Positions 11,311 through 25,500 of a stretch of DNA of 64,000 nt are shown in pieces. The notes under the pieces were generated by a model. It saw only the letters and a program-made list of their open reading frames with translations. It did not search any database and had not been told where the DNA came from. Source of the stretch: the human T2T-CHM13v2.0 reference genome, Homo sapiens; the NCBI RefSeq assembly GCF_009914755.1, contig NC_060929.1, one strand, 5' to 3'. The translations under genes were made by a program, and so were the position numbers. The stretch's first letter is position 1. Each line of letters begins with the position of its first letter.

Positions 11311-12487
11311 ATCAGTATTTGTCACCTGTCTATTGTTTATCCACAGCTACAGTCCTTAGCTATCGGTTTACTGCCTGGCTCTATTTAAAAGGACATATGG
11401 GATCCTGCCATATTTAAAGGTTTTAGAGTGCATGGACCACGTTTTCCATGTTCTCTTTACTCCTCCACTGCCTCTCATCCTGAGCTCAGCACCAGCACCA
11501 AGCAGGTGCTCCATAAATTAGGCTCTCAGGACAACCCCAGCCAGTTCCATGTCTTTAATTGGCTTTACTGAGATAGTAGTGTTTAAAACTGTCTGTCCAC
11601 CTACATGCACCAGCTCAGTCTCAATACCCAGCAGAAATGAGTTGTCTTCAGGAACATTTGAAAGAGTGGCTGTATGCACCAAAGTCAGCTTCAGTATGCA
11701 CCAAATCCTGTAGCTTCTCTAAAATAGGAACCCTCACCTGTCTGCTTACCCCTGCCAATCCCGACAGGTCCCTACTCTTCTCTGATAGGGAAAAAAAATG
11801 GCAAAAGCTAGAACTAGAACTATGTCAAGGAATAGCTTCACTGTCTTAGCTAAAAATCCATCTCCTTCCACTAGGAAGCCTTCCAAGGTTCACCATGGAC
11901 AGAATTCAACACTAATCCTCAGTGACTCTCTGTATTTCATATTCCATGGGGCTGTACTCCATGGAACTGTAATTCTCTCTCCATCTCATCTGTCATTCTC
12001 ATGAGGCTATGAGTTCCAAGGATCTGTCTTCAACTCTGAACCACGTATGGCGATGGATAGAGAATACAGGTTCAGCAAACTTTTGATGAATAACTTAGCA
12101 GCCTTGTGAAGCAGATATGGCATCCCACAACCCCCGCACCATCTCCACTTTGATACATGAGAAGCAGTAGCTAGGAGCAACTGAGCACTTTACCTTCAAT
12201 GCCTCTGTTTTACACAGGAGAGAAAGGAGACCTCCATGCCAGGACATGCCACCAGAGCACATCGAGTGGCCTCCTGCTGCACTGATGGCTCAAGGCTCTC
12301 ACAAACACCCCTTTGAGGTCATTTCATGATCATTATTTGCCATCTTCTCCTCTGGACAGTTAGCTTCCTGAGACTAGGCACAGTGTCTGTCTCCTCCCAC
12401 TGTGTCCAGCACTAGCAAGGCAGGCAGGCTGTAGGTTCCCATGAAGATCTGCTGAAATGATACAGACAACTTATCCGTCCCTCTCTG

Positions 12488-12650
12488 CTTCTCAGACTTC
12501 ATGGTGCCTATGAATCCCCAGGAGATCTTATTAAAATGCAGATTTTGACTCAGTAGGTCCTAGGGGAGTTGGGGGCAGGGTGCTGGAGAGTCAGCCTTTC
12601 TGATAGCTCCCAGGTTATGCCAAGGCCACTGGAAAGCAGACTGCCTTCTG
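12488..12650. mobile_element. MER5A-like hAT-Charlie MITE
   Basis: gaatccccaggagatcttattaaaatgcagattttgactcagtaggtc...agctcccaggttatgcc. Confidence 0.7.
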
Positions 12651-12674
12651 AGAGGTGAGCCGCTAGTTGTTGAA

Positions 12675-13020
12675 GGCTTGGCTGGTCGTTCACTTGTGCT
12701 ATGACAAAATACCTGAGACTTGGGTCATTTATAAAGGACAGAAACTCATTTCTCACAGTTCTGGAAGCCGGGAAATCCAAGATTGAAGTGATAGCATCTG
12801 GCATCCAAGGAGGGATGTACCGTCCAAAGGGGAGGAACACTGTGTGCTCACATGGTGGAAGGACGAGAGCCAAATGCTACTGTGTGAAGCCTCTTTTATA
12901 AGAGTCATAATCCCATTCATGAAGGACATGCCCTCAAATCATCTCTCAAAGGACCCACCTCTGAATGCTATCAAATGAGCAACACCTGAATTTGGGAAGT
13001 GATGCATTCAAATCACAGCG
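12675..13020 (-). mobile_element. MST/MLT1A-type MaLR solo LTR
   Basis: gctatgacaaaatacctgagacttgggtcatttataaaggacagaaactcatttctcacagttctggaagccgggaaatccaag...cattcaaatcacagc. Confidence 0.8.
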
Positions 13021-14787
13021 GCTAGCTAGAAAAAATCCTTTTATGTTCTAAAAAGAAGTTTGTCTTTCCTGAGCACTTGGGGTTGTCCTTTCTTTCAGCT
13101 ATGATGTGAGCCCTCCCTCCTGGTCCTTGATATCATGTGATTCAAGGAATTCGAGCAAAGTTTCAGCCCTGAAGAGCTAAAGGCTGAGAGCTGGAGAACC
13201 TGCCAGTTGAATCCCCTCTCTGCTAGCTTCCAGGCCCACAACCAGGACTTGTGACTCACAGTTTATTATTGACAACCTGGCCTTGGCAGCAGGAGTATTT
13301 TTGGATGCCTTTACTCTTAAATCCCTGGAATTCAGAACCGTACAAGTTAAACCTTATTCTAACTACTTTTTTCCTTGCAGTTTTCATCTCTAGCTCCTCT
13401 GCCCTCTGAATATTTCATTCATGCCCAAGACAGAGTCTTAAATTGCAGGAAACCAGAATTCTGCAGATCAATTAGCCTAACTCACAACATGTAATTTTTC
13501 TTATTTAACAGTTAGAATAACACCATTTCTGTGTTCAGCGTGGGCCCGCTCTGTGCCCACTGGAAAACAAATCTACCTGCCTTTGGAGGAGATCCATTTA
13601 AGAACCAAAGCCCCCATGGTGCCTCATCATCTAAGAAGGGTGACACTGTGAATCCTTCTGAGGATTACTCTTTTTTCCAAGCTGATAAGAGCTCTGAATG
13701 GCCACTCAGCTAGGAAGATCAAGCAGCCCACCTTCTTCCAAGGGCCTCTGGGCACAACATGGATGGTCCTTGATTTTACTGCTTGGCTGAGGCAGAGGGG
13801 CATGTCTTTTGGCAGAGGTGAGTGCGGGTATCCTGGGGGAGAGTCTCTGGTCACCAACTACAGCCCTTGTCTCCCTCCCAGTTTTCACTACAGCTAGATA
13901 AGCACAGAGGGCTTTGTAAGAAATGTTCAGTCAAGAAGCAGAAAGAGCCTCTGCTTTTAGGTCCTACAGTGAAATTGCTGGAAGCCTTTTCTTCCTTGTT
14001 CCTTCCATCTCCTGGCCATGGAGTAAGGGTAGTGAGATCTGGTGGTCTCCAACCTTCAGGGACTTCAGGGGATTCGTCCCTGACCTATATTACTGCCGTT
14101 TTGGTGCAATGCAGGACACTGGAGAGGACATGGGCTTCAGCAGATCAGGAATAGGTGAGTTTCAGGAATGGATGGAGGGAAGCTCCAGTCAGATGGGAAT
14201 GTTTAAAAACAAAACTGAAATTCTAACGGTGTACACAGCATAGTTAAAACATCCTTGTCAAAAAAGCCTCTTGGACACACGTTTCAGGAAATGAAGGCTC
14301 AGCTCCACAGGTATTGTTCTTCACCATGTCTGACACGTCAACCCTACAAGTCAACAGGTTGAAGAAAAGTCTGGCATTCACAGAAATAAAACATTACTGC
14401 AAGGCCACCTCCTTCCTCCAGAATGTGAAGCATTCATGACAAAAGAGAGAATTCACTAACCATAATCTACAAATAAAACTAGTCACGATGGGCATATTTT
14501 CTCTTATTTTACTCCATCAGATGAAACTAGTTTCCAAGATCCGCATAGCTATCAATTTCCCCCCTCAATTCATATTTTTATTCTTCTCAGTAGACACTTT
14601 ATTTTTGTAAGCTGTACCCAGTTTTGTTTTGATAGCTCACCAGAACCTGGAGTAACAAATACTTTTAATTTGATTATTTAAAAAGTCTCATTAATTTTTC
14701 AAGCCACACAACATACACAAGCACAAATGAATTCACCAGACACCTGCAACCAGTGAAGGTTAATAGTCATTTAATGTAACTGCATAC

Positions 14788-15022
14788 GTTACAAGCAATC
14801 TTCCTGTCCCACTGCATTTTCAAAGACCACATAAATATGTAATCCATTCCTCTTTTTTCCTATCGTAACATTCCACTGGGGCGATTCTGATGAGCTGTCC
14901 CCCCGCTGCCTCCACAGTAAAGTGCTGCGCAGTGGCTGATGGATAGATACTGGGTTTGAGTAAAGAGGATTTCTGCAGCCATCCATAAACCCAGCTCATT
15001 TAAATTGGTAGCTGTCGACTAC
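14788..15022 (-). other. Candidate non-coding or stop-containing exon
   Basis: Strong acceptor ccttttctttcttctcag|, donor AAC|gtatgc; all three frames hit an early stop (phase 0 gives VVDSYQFK*). Confidence 0.3.
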
Positions 15023-16343
15023 CTGAGAAGAAAGAAAAGGCTGTCCTTAAATAATAAAAAAAGCATGGCTCTATTGTCTAGAATGTCAAGCAGAATTCCT
15101 ATTTCCAGGTAGCAGCACTGAGGGACCACCTGATTATAATGAGGGGTTTGTCTGTCTTCTCAGCCCAGTCTCCTGGGAATCCCTCTCAGTACCTTGAGAA
15201 GAGGTAAGAGTGCTCGAGATTCCTCTCCCTGTAACTAGGGTTCTGGTGGATGGTGAGCCAGATAATTGTTTAGATGGCCAAGTGGGTTTGAAGTGGAAAT
15301 AGAAACAAATCCAGGATGTTACTAGGAGACTACCCTTTGATTAATGGGAATTCAAAGATGAAACAAGTATTGCCTATTGTTTAATTTTCCCTTCTTTGAA
15401 AGTAAAGTGTTTGGGGAGAAAGCTAAGACTCTAAAAACCAGAGCATATATGAGACAGCACAGAGCAGGCCCTCCTTAAACTTTTCTCTTGGTCAAGATAA
15501 AATTTTTCCTAATCCCAAGACATGCTGCTGAGGGCAGAGACACTCAATAATGTGGATTTACTGACCGATTCACCTGCTTCTCTGCAGGAAATCAAAGTTC
15601 ATTCATTCACAGACTTGCTCAGTGACAGAAGACGTTTAATAGATGTCATTCTATCCAGGGCATACAATTCATGCTTTAGCCCCTAAAATTTGCCAAGCAG
15701 TGCAGTTGAAAGCTAAAAAACATAAGTCACTTTCTCTATATCAGCAGTTCAAGTTTGTCCAATCTCTGCCCTCAGAGAAAAGAGGAGGCACACACAAATT
15801 CCAAGACTATATATCATGAAGGTTATGGAGCCTGTTTGAGACATCACAGAAACTACCCAGCTGAATTTTAAGCTGCCTCTCATCAGAGAACTGAGGATTC
15901 ACAGATTTCCAGGGAAATTGCATTTTGAGGGAAATTCTTCTAGGTAAAAACCCATATAATTCAATGATGAATATTTCCTTTGGCCTTTAATTGATTTACA
16001 AGCAATGCTCCATGGCTAGCTTTAGGTGAAAGATCTATTAATTTAAAACCATTCATTACCCCTTTCTTTCATCTAACACATTTTTCCAATATGCTTATTG
16101 TTCACTATAAGTAACAGATTGACATCTCTCCAAGAGCAAGTCCTTTTAATACTTGTAAATGGTTTCTTGGAAGGCATCAATGATAAAACTAGTTATGTTT
16201 TCAGTAGAGTGATGCTAGGATACACTTTTATGCAATGCCATAAAACTATCCTTCTTATTTAAGTAGCATCAGCAAGACAGTAGAATAGGAAACCCGAGAG
16301 CTCACTTCACAACAGAAACACCAGCTTTAACAACAACACATGA

Positions 16344-16651
<308 letters not shown>

Positions 16652-18272
16652 CAACACATGATCCAAAAAGCCTTTATGAGAACTCCAGAATTCAGTTAGG
16701 AAGTCACAGTACCCCAGGCAACTCAAAATCAAGAACAGCTACATTGAAATGGGTAACAAAAAGCTATTTTATTCCAACTGCATCAATCCTTCTCCCAAGC
16801 CAGCACAGCTCATGATCAAAAAGAAGAGTCCAACTTGTGGATTCTCCCTTGGGAGGGAAATTGAAGAAATTGAAACACTTCCAATGTTCCAGCTTTTCAG
16901 GAAACTGCCCAAGGGACTGGTTTCTGTCCTGCCTGATTCAGAGTGCTGATGGGAAACTGACATACCTTGGATGCCTGGTATCCACAGAGAACAAAAGAGA
17001 GCTCAGAAGCTTGTGGCAGCACCAGAGAACTTGTAGTATCACACAGAGACACCAGCACAGCTTGCCACAATTTTCAGAAAGCACCCAACTCATGGCTTCT
17101 CCACTGGGAGGGAAAGGAAGGGTGGAATGTATATATTGTGTTCTGGCTTTTCAAGGGCTGCTAGAAGGAGTGGTTTCTGTTTTGCCTGACTTAGAGTGCT
17201 GACAGACTTAGAAAACTTTGGATACCTGGGAGCCAGAGAACAGAAAAGAGCTCAATGCCAGAAAAAGCGCCAGAAAACCTGAAATACCTCATACAGACAC
17301 CAGAGGGAGCAAGAGGCTACAAGCGCCTGAAAAAGAGACCAGCAAATCTCTCTAAATGGGAAATTACACACACAAGCCTAGAAAAGATTTCTCTCCCCAA
17401 AAGGTTAAGAGACGCTTGGAATCTCTAGCTGGGCTGATTGCTGAAGGTCTTTCCCTATAAGAAAAACCATAAGGACTGGGGAAAGTGGTTGTGTTTTCAA
17501 ATGTGCAAATCCCAACACAAAATTATAAGGCTCACAAAGTAATGGGGAAACACAGCCCAGTCAAAGTTACAAAATAAATATCCAGAAATTGGTCCTAAAG
17601 AAAAAGAGTTATATGAATTATCTCATAAACAATTCAAAATAGCCACCATAAAGATGCTTAACAAGCTCAGGAAAATTGTGTATAAACAAATGAGAGTGTC
17701 TGTAAAATGAAAAAGAGTATTTTTTAACCAAAGAAATTTGTGACCTGAAGAACACAAAAACTGAGTTGGAAATTTCACTAGAATAATTCAAGAGCAGAAC
17801 TGTTTAAGCAACACAGAATCAGCACACTCAGAGACAGGTCATTGGAAATTATTCAGTCATAGAAACACCAACCAGAAAAAAAAAAAAAAAGTGAAGAAAG
17901 CCTAAAGGACCTACTATGGGACACCACAGAGACCAATAGGTATATTATAGGTATTCCAGAAGAAGGAAAGACAGACAAAGGGGCAGAAAGCTTGTATGAA
18001 ATAATAATGGCTCTGGTAAAGGAAATGAACATCCAAATCCAAGAAGCCAAATAGATCTCAATCAGAACATACCCAAAAAAGTCCACACTGAGATACATTA
18101 TAATCAAGCTGTCAAAGGTTAGACAAAGAGAGAATTTTGAAAGCAAGAAAAAAGTAACTCATCACATACAAAGGAGTCTCCATGAGACTATCAGTGTATG
18201 TATCAGCAGAAACTTTGCAGGCCAAAACAGAGTAGGATGATATATTCAAAGTGATTAAAAAAGAAAAAAAAG

Positions 18273-18572
18273 GGCCAGGGCGGTGGTTCACGCCTGTAAT
18301 CCCAGCACTTTGGGAGGCCGAGGCAGGTGGATCACGAGGTCAGGAGTTCAAGACGAGCTTATCCAAGATGGTGAAATCCTATCTCTACTAAAAAAATACA
18401 ACAAAATTAGCCAGGCATGGTAGCAGGTGACTGTAATCCCAGCTACTCAGGAGGGTCAGGCAGGAGAATTGCTTGAACCCCAGTGGCAGAGGTTGCAGTG
18501 AGCCAACATCATGCCCTAGCCTGGGCAACAAAGTGAGACTCTGTCAAAAAGAAAAAAAAAAGAAAAAGAAAA
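18273..18572 (+). mobile_element. AluSg-type
   Basis: ggatcacgaggtcaggagttcaagac...ccaagatggtg; dimeric with A-rich tail. Confidence 0.9.
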
Positions 18573-18776
18573 CTGTCAATCCAGATTTGTGTGTCTGTGT
18601 TTTTCAAAAATTAAGAAAAATTAAAGGCTTTCCTAGATAAACAAAAGCTGATAAAATTTATCACCACTAGACCCGCCTTATAAGAAAAGCTAAATGGAGT
18701 CCTTCAAGTTGAAAAGAAAGAATGCTAAAAAACACTGGTCAGCAACATAAAAGCATATATAAGTATTAAGCTCATT

Positions 18777-19043
18777 GGCTGAGGCAGGCAGTGAACCCAG
18801 GAGTTCGAGACCAGCCTGGGCAACATAGCAAAACCCCATTCTTACTAAAAAATACAAAAATTAGCCAGGCATGTTGGCACAAAACCTGTAGTCCCAGCTA
18901 CTCAGGAGACTGAGGTAAGAGAATAACCTGAGCCCAAGAAGTCGAGGCTGCAGTCAGCCATGATTGTGCCACTGCACTCCAGCCTGGGCATCAGAGTGAG
19001 ATGCTGTCTCAAGGAAAAAAAAAAAACACACACACACACACAC
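18777..19043 (+). mobile_element. 5'-truncated AluJ with tail turned to (CA)n
   Basis: cccaggagttcgagaccagcctgggcaacatagc; gtcgaggctgcagt; tail followed by (ca)n. Confidence 0.88.
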
Positions 19044-19454
19044 AAAACTCACTGGTAAAGGTAAATATATAAATATTACAAATACAGAATATTGTAATAC
19101 TCTAACAATGGTAGGTAAATCACTTAATTCTGGCATAGAAGTTAAAAGACAAAAATACAAAAATAACTATAAAGGTATGTTAATGGATACACAATACAAA
19201 AGATGTAATTTGTGACAATAACAAAACAGAGGGGAGAAGTCAAAGAGTAGAATTTTTGTATGTGACTGAAGCTAAGCTGATATCAGCTTAAAATAGATAT
19301 TACAACTGTAAAATAAGCCCCATGTAACCACAAAAAACCTACATAAGATACATAAATGAAAATGAGAAAGGAATCAAAGCATATCCTTACCAAAAAAAAA
19401 ATCAAAAGAGGAAAAAAGGAACAAAAACACTAAGAGACAGGCAGAAAACAAAGT

Positions 19455-19836
19455 GCATTTTAGTCCATTTTAGTATCACAGGAAACCTGAGACTGGACAA
19501 TTTATAATAAACAGGAATTTATTTTCTCACAGTTCTGGAGGCTGGCAAGTCCAACACTGAGGGGCCAGCATCTAGTAAGGACCTTCTTGCTATGTCATAA
19601 CGTGGTAAAAGGAATCATGGTGAAAGGAATCACATGGTAGAAGAGCAAGAGAGAGAGAGTAAAAGGAAGATGAACTCTCCCTTTTATAACAAACCCACTC
19701 GTGCAATAACTGTTATTTCATTCACTCCATTCTCATGGCCTAATCACCTCTCATTAGGCCCCACCTCCAAACACTGCTGCACTGGGGATTAAGTTTTTAA
19801 CATGTGCATTTTGGGGAACATATTCAAGCCATAGCA
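19455..19836 (-). mobile_element. MST-type MaLR solo LTR inside the L1
   Basis: ctgagactggacaatttataataaacagg...cacagttctggaggctggcaagtcc...ggccccacctccaaacac...tattcaagccatagca. Confidence 0.8.
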
Positions 19837-20765
19837 AAAAGTCAATAGTAAGTCCTTCCCTATTGGTAATTATTTTCAATGAAATTGAATTACATTCCCC
19901 AATCAAAAGACATAGGGTAGTTTAATGGATTTTTTTTAAAAGAAAATGAGACTATTTGCTTATTTTAGATTTTAGGACACACACAGGATGGAAGTGAAAG
20001 GGTGGAAAAAGATATTCCATGCAAAAAGTAACCAAAGGAGAACAGGGTGGTCATATGTATTCATACAAAATAGACTTTAAGTCAAAAACTGTCATAAGAG
20101 ACAAATAAGAACATCACATATTGATAAAAGGGCCAATTCACCAGGAAGACATACCAATTATAATTATATTTGCACCTAACATTAGAGGAGCCAAATATAT
20201 GAAACAAACATTGACATGACATGGGCTCAACAGAAGGGGAAAAAAAAAATAACAAGCCATACTTTAGAAGGGATTAATATCCAAAATATATCAAGAACTC
20301 AAATAACAGCAAGAAAACAACCCAATTTTTAAAATGGGTATTTTAAAAAACTGAAATAGACCTTTCTCAAAGAAGACATACAAATGGCCAACATGTATGG
20401 GAAAAAAAATACTCAACATCACTAATAAGCAGGGAAATGCAAGTTAAAACCACAATACGATATTACCTCAACCTGCTGGAATGACTATCACCAAAAACAC
20501 AAAAGATAAGTGTCGGCAAGGGTGTGGGGCAAAGGAATCTCTCACATATTATCAGATAGTGTAAATTAGTACAGCCATTACGGAAAACAGCATAGAGGGT
20601 CCTCAAAAAATTAAAGAGAACTACCACATGATGCAGCCATCCCACTTCCAAGTATCTACCCAAAATAATTAAAATCAAGATCTCAAAGAGATATTTGCAT
20701 TCCCATGTCCAATGCAGCATGATCTATAAAAGCCAAGAGGTGGAAACCACACAAGTGTTCATCTA

Positions 20766-21146
<381 letters not shown>

Positions 21147-22254
21147 TTACAAATGGATGAACCTGGAAGACGTTGTGTTAAATAATACAAGCCAGTCACA
21201 AAAGAGGAGATACTGCATCATTCTACTTACATGGGATATCTAAAGTAGTTAAACTTTAAAAACAAAAAGTAGAATGGTGGTTTCCAGGGGCTGCAGAATG
21301 AAGCAGAAGAAAAATGGAGCTGCTATTCAATGAGTACAAAGTTTCAGTCATGCAAGATGAAAAAGTTCTTCAGCCATACAACAATATGCATATAATAACA
21401 CTGAATGGTACAATTAAAATTTCATTAAGGAGGTAGCTTTCATGTTATTTGTTTTTTTAACCACAATTAGGAAAAAAAAAAAGCTATACTTCCTGTACAA
21501 GCTGGAAATCTCCAAAGAATCTGAACACAACCCATTTTGCAAGCAGGTTTCCCCACCCCAAAATTTCGTTTCCAAAGGGACAGAGAGAGCAGACCATCAC
21601 CAACACTAAGCTGTGCAGACAAGCTTGACGGCTCAATCCTGAAAAAAAAAAAAAATGAGGGGTTTGCACTTACCAAGGAAGCTAAATTGTCAATACACCT
21701 GCAGATCTTGAGTTTGATATATGTGTGTATAAACAAACAAAAATATGTCTGGAAATAGATATGGCAAACTAACAGCTCTGTCTTTCCGAGAGGAAAGGTT
21801 TTTGGGATGGGGGACAACTGGGCTAAGAGTTTGTCAAAATAATGGCTTAATTATGTAATTCAAAATAGTGAAAATAAAAGTTTTTGATTGAAAAAACTAT
21901 TTACCAATCAGCTATGGTATTATCTCTCAATATATGTCCTTGATATTTAAAAACATACCAGCCCTCCCTTGCATGACACCCCTTCTCAAATCGGGAAAAT
22001 TTCATCTTTCTCTCATCAGGAAGCCACATGGTTTCTGGCCACTGAGTTCATTGCCCTTTGTGCTTTGGGGCCAGAACAAAGTACCCCAACACCCTCCTCA
22101 TCAAGAGAGCCAGATCTTGTATACAAACACTTCTCTTAAGTCACTGATGCCTTTGCTAAGAAGAATTCTGCGTACATGCTTCCTAAAAACTAACAGCCCA
22201 GCTCTCTGAAGTTGTCTGCCAAAACAGAACTTCAAGGCAGTAACTTTTAATTAT

Positions 22255-22617
22255 ATCACTCAATGATTTATGAATCACCCACTCTGTGCTGGACATAGCA
22301 CTGCTCTCAGTGCTGGGTACACAGAAAGGAGCAAATCAAAGGCCCCTGCCCTCTCAGACCTCTCATTTGTGGGGGAGATGGACAGACAAACTCACACATG
22401 CATATGTTAATACCAGGAAATATTAAGAGCTACGGAGAAAACAGTGGCATAAGCAATCCACAGAGTGATGGGCAGTGGTAGTTTACACGGGGCAACCAGC
22501 TATGACTTCTCTAAGTCATATTTGGGCCAAGGGCTAAAATAAAGAGAAAGCCACACAGACATGTGGGAGTAACACATTCCAGGCAAAGGAAACAGCGAGT
22601 GCAAAGGCCCTGAGGCC
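22255..22617 (-). mobile_element. L2 LINE fragment
   Basis: ccctgccctctcagacctctcatttgtggggga...cattccaggcaaaggaaacagcgagtgcaaaggccctgagg. Confidence 0.8.
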
Positions 22618-23769
22618 TTTTGGTTCTGATTGATATCAACAGGTCAACCTCTAAAAGGGCTGCACCAATTCCCACTCATCAGCAGCATCTGGGAGTACCT
22701 ATTTCCCTACATTTTTACCAGCACTTCTTACCGTATTCCCTTTATTTCCATAAAAGATAATTACTATTGTGTCATATCTTGTGTAATATCCATAGATGGA
22801 CTCAAAGCACTGATGATAGGAGAAGAGGAAATGAAAAAAAGGCAGCTCCCATTCAGTACTCCCCGTACCATACACTGCACCCCTCCCAATTGACAGATGT
22901 TTCAATTTATCCTAACATCAACCCTTTAAGGGAGGCATGAGGTACCTACTTCTGCATCCAAAAAAAAAAAAAAATCTAGATCCTGCAGACTTTAAGAAAT
23001 CAGGCCAAAGGCATTCGATTCTTAGGCTATAACCAGAATTGACCTCAGGTGAGCCTACCTTCAGAACCTGAGCTCTTTCTATTCCACCAGGTTGCTCCCT
23101 AGTCCAGGGGCACAGAAGAGATTGCTTGGCAATCCCATATGAAGGACAAGCTCCAGCCTGAGAGGAGCTGGTTGCCCTGGGTAATTTCTTGCATATGCAT
23201 TTGATTTTTCTTTCACTGGATCTTTTTAACAGCAAAAGCCAATCTTCCCCAATGTGCCAGGAATTTATCTACAGCTGAAGGAAGTTACTGTCAGGAAGAT
23301 GTGGATATGAATAATTAAGGCCCTATTAAACATGCACACATCTTGTAATAAATCTCAAATTAGAATGTGCCAAGATCTTGTTAAACCTGCCAACACATAT
23401 TCTCAAATAAGGTGGGAATATAATTTGGAGCTTATCAGGAGATTCAACCTTTCACAGAAAAATACTATTTGACTGTTCGGAATTTTAATCTGGAGATTAC
23501 CTGAATTTGTCTCATCTATCATTCCGCTGTGTTTATGCCCATTGTGAAAAATCAAACAAGTAATTTCTCTCAGGATGTCCTCAAGTGGTGTGTATTTTGA
23601 TACATACTGTACTAAACCTCATTATTTCTGACATCATCCAAAAGAGCCTCACTCTGAATACACTTCTCTTAAATTCTAAAACAAACAAACAAACAAAAAT
23701 GTTCATTCATCAGTGACTTAAACAGAACTTTTTGAAAAGCCCAGGAGTTATGCTTCCTGATGTGGATAG

Positions 23770-23960
23770 GGAGAGAGTACTGTGGTTAAGAGCACACACT
23801 CCGAGTCCGATTGATTTCCTGTCCCACCTCTACCACTTACCTATTGTCAAATGGGAACAGCAGGAGTGTCTGCTGCACAGGGTAGCTTTGAAGACCTGAT
23901 GAGTTAATCACCTAAAATGCTGCCTTCCCCATAGTAAGTGCCAGCTGTAGTTATTATCAT
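23770..23960 (+). mobile_element. MIR
   Basis: tgtggttaagagcacacactccgagtc...gatgagttaat...catagtaagtgccagctg. Confidence 0.65.
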
Positions 23961-25269
23961 TGGGTGTATCCCAATAATGAAAACTGATGTTACCAAAAAC
24001 TAACAGTTTTTAGTAACTTTTAATTTTTCTGATATAAAAAATACAGGTTTATTTTTATAATCTTATAAACAACTCACATGAACAAATAAGAAAATAGATT
24101 CTAGAGTATAACATAACGAAGTGTTAAATATCCCTGTGGCACTGGCAGAAACCAATACAACTATATCTATTTTGCCATCAGGGAAACTGAGATACCAGTG
24201 GTTGAGACTTTCGGTTTTAATCTTCCAGAAAAGAGGAAGCTCCCCAGCCTTTCATGAGTCTTTCAATGGTGTCTTGCTGCTTCCTGTTCCAATAGGCCAG
24301 TACATTCTTGAAACATAGACTTAATTTTTACACACAAGCTGTGTAACCTCAGACAAAGCAAATAACCAGGCTGTGCCTCTGTTTCCTCATCTGCAAGGTA
24401 GAAAATAATAAAAACACATAGCTCTTAGAGTCGCGGTGAAGAAAATGAACCAAAATCATAGACGAGTCCTGCCACACACATGCATGAGCTGCTGGAAAGG
24501 CATGCCCATTTGTCTGTTCTAGAGTGGGCCTTCCTAACATGGGAAATAATCCAGATCCTCAAGCCAAAGAAACAGTGGAAAAAAGCCACAGCAAGGGGAA
24601 AAAATGAATACACTGTTCCTACAGAGACCCCTCAGATTCTTAAGATCACACTGCGGAATTAACCATCCATGGTCCACGCCCACCTGTGAAGCCATTTAAG
24701 GTGGAAACAGCAGCAGCTCATCACAGCCTTTGCTGCTGCCTGACATCCCACTGAGAGCTGAACTCTTTGCCAGTAATTGGAGAACAAATTGTGCAAAATG
24801 ATTGGACTGACCAATAAATCTGTGCCAGTAAACCACTGGAAGGGCAACCATGTGATTCTGTAGAATCTGTACATCTCACCCAGATAGATGGCAAACTTAC
24901 TGAAGTCCCTGGGTCAGGGGCCTCAAGTTCCCGGGCCATATGCCCATCCTCATCTGTACTCTGAGGACAGAGATGGCGGGAAGAGGATGGACTGGGAAGA
25001 GTGAAAGTTTGCAAGGATGACCTATGCCCTCCCCAAGAAATAAATCTCTCATTTAAATGACAAAAGAAAAAACCCAGAAGAGAAAATATGATCCATGTGG
25101 TCTTCAGGGGAGAGAGCAAGTCAGATACTAAGACCTGAACCTAGCTCCTGAGCAGGCAGGCCAGAAGGGAGTTCACACAGACAAAGCATTTAACGCCGTG
25201 CCAGGCCGACAGTGTTCACTTAATACTGACGCTAGTCACTGCTCTCCTTCTCAATGCAGAACACAGCTC

Positions 25270-25500
25270 TAACAGCAGCCAGTGTGCTACAGGCCAAGGC
25301 ACAATGGTAAGTGTTTTACATGAATTATTTAATTTTCTCCTCAAAACAATCCTAAGGAGCAGGTGCTATTCTCATTCGCACTTTCCTGCTGAGATAGCTG
25401 AAGCTTAGAGAGGCTAGGAGACATGCCAGGATCACACAATCAGTACGCGGCAGAACCACACCACCAACCCAAGCCATCTGCATCACTACTTCTAAACGAC
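25270..25500 (-). mobile_element. MIR
   Basis: gtgttttacatgaattatttaattttctcctcaaaacaatcctaaggagcagg...gctgaagcttagagagg. Confidence 0.7.
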
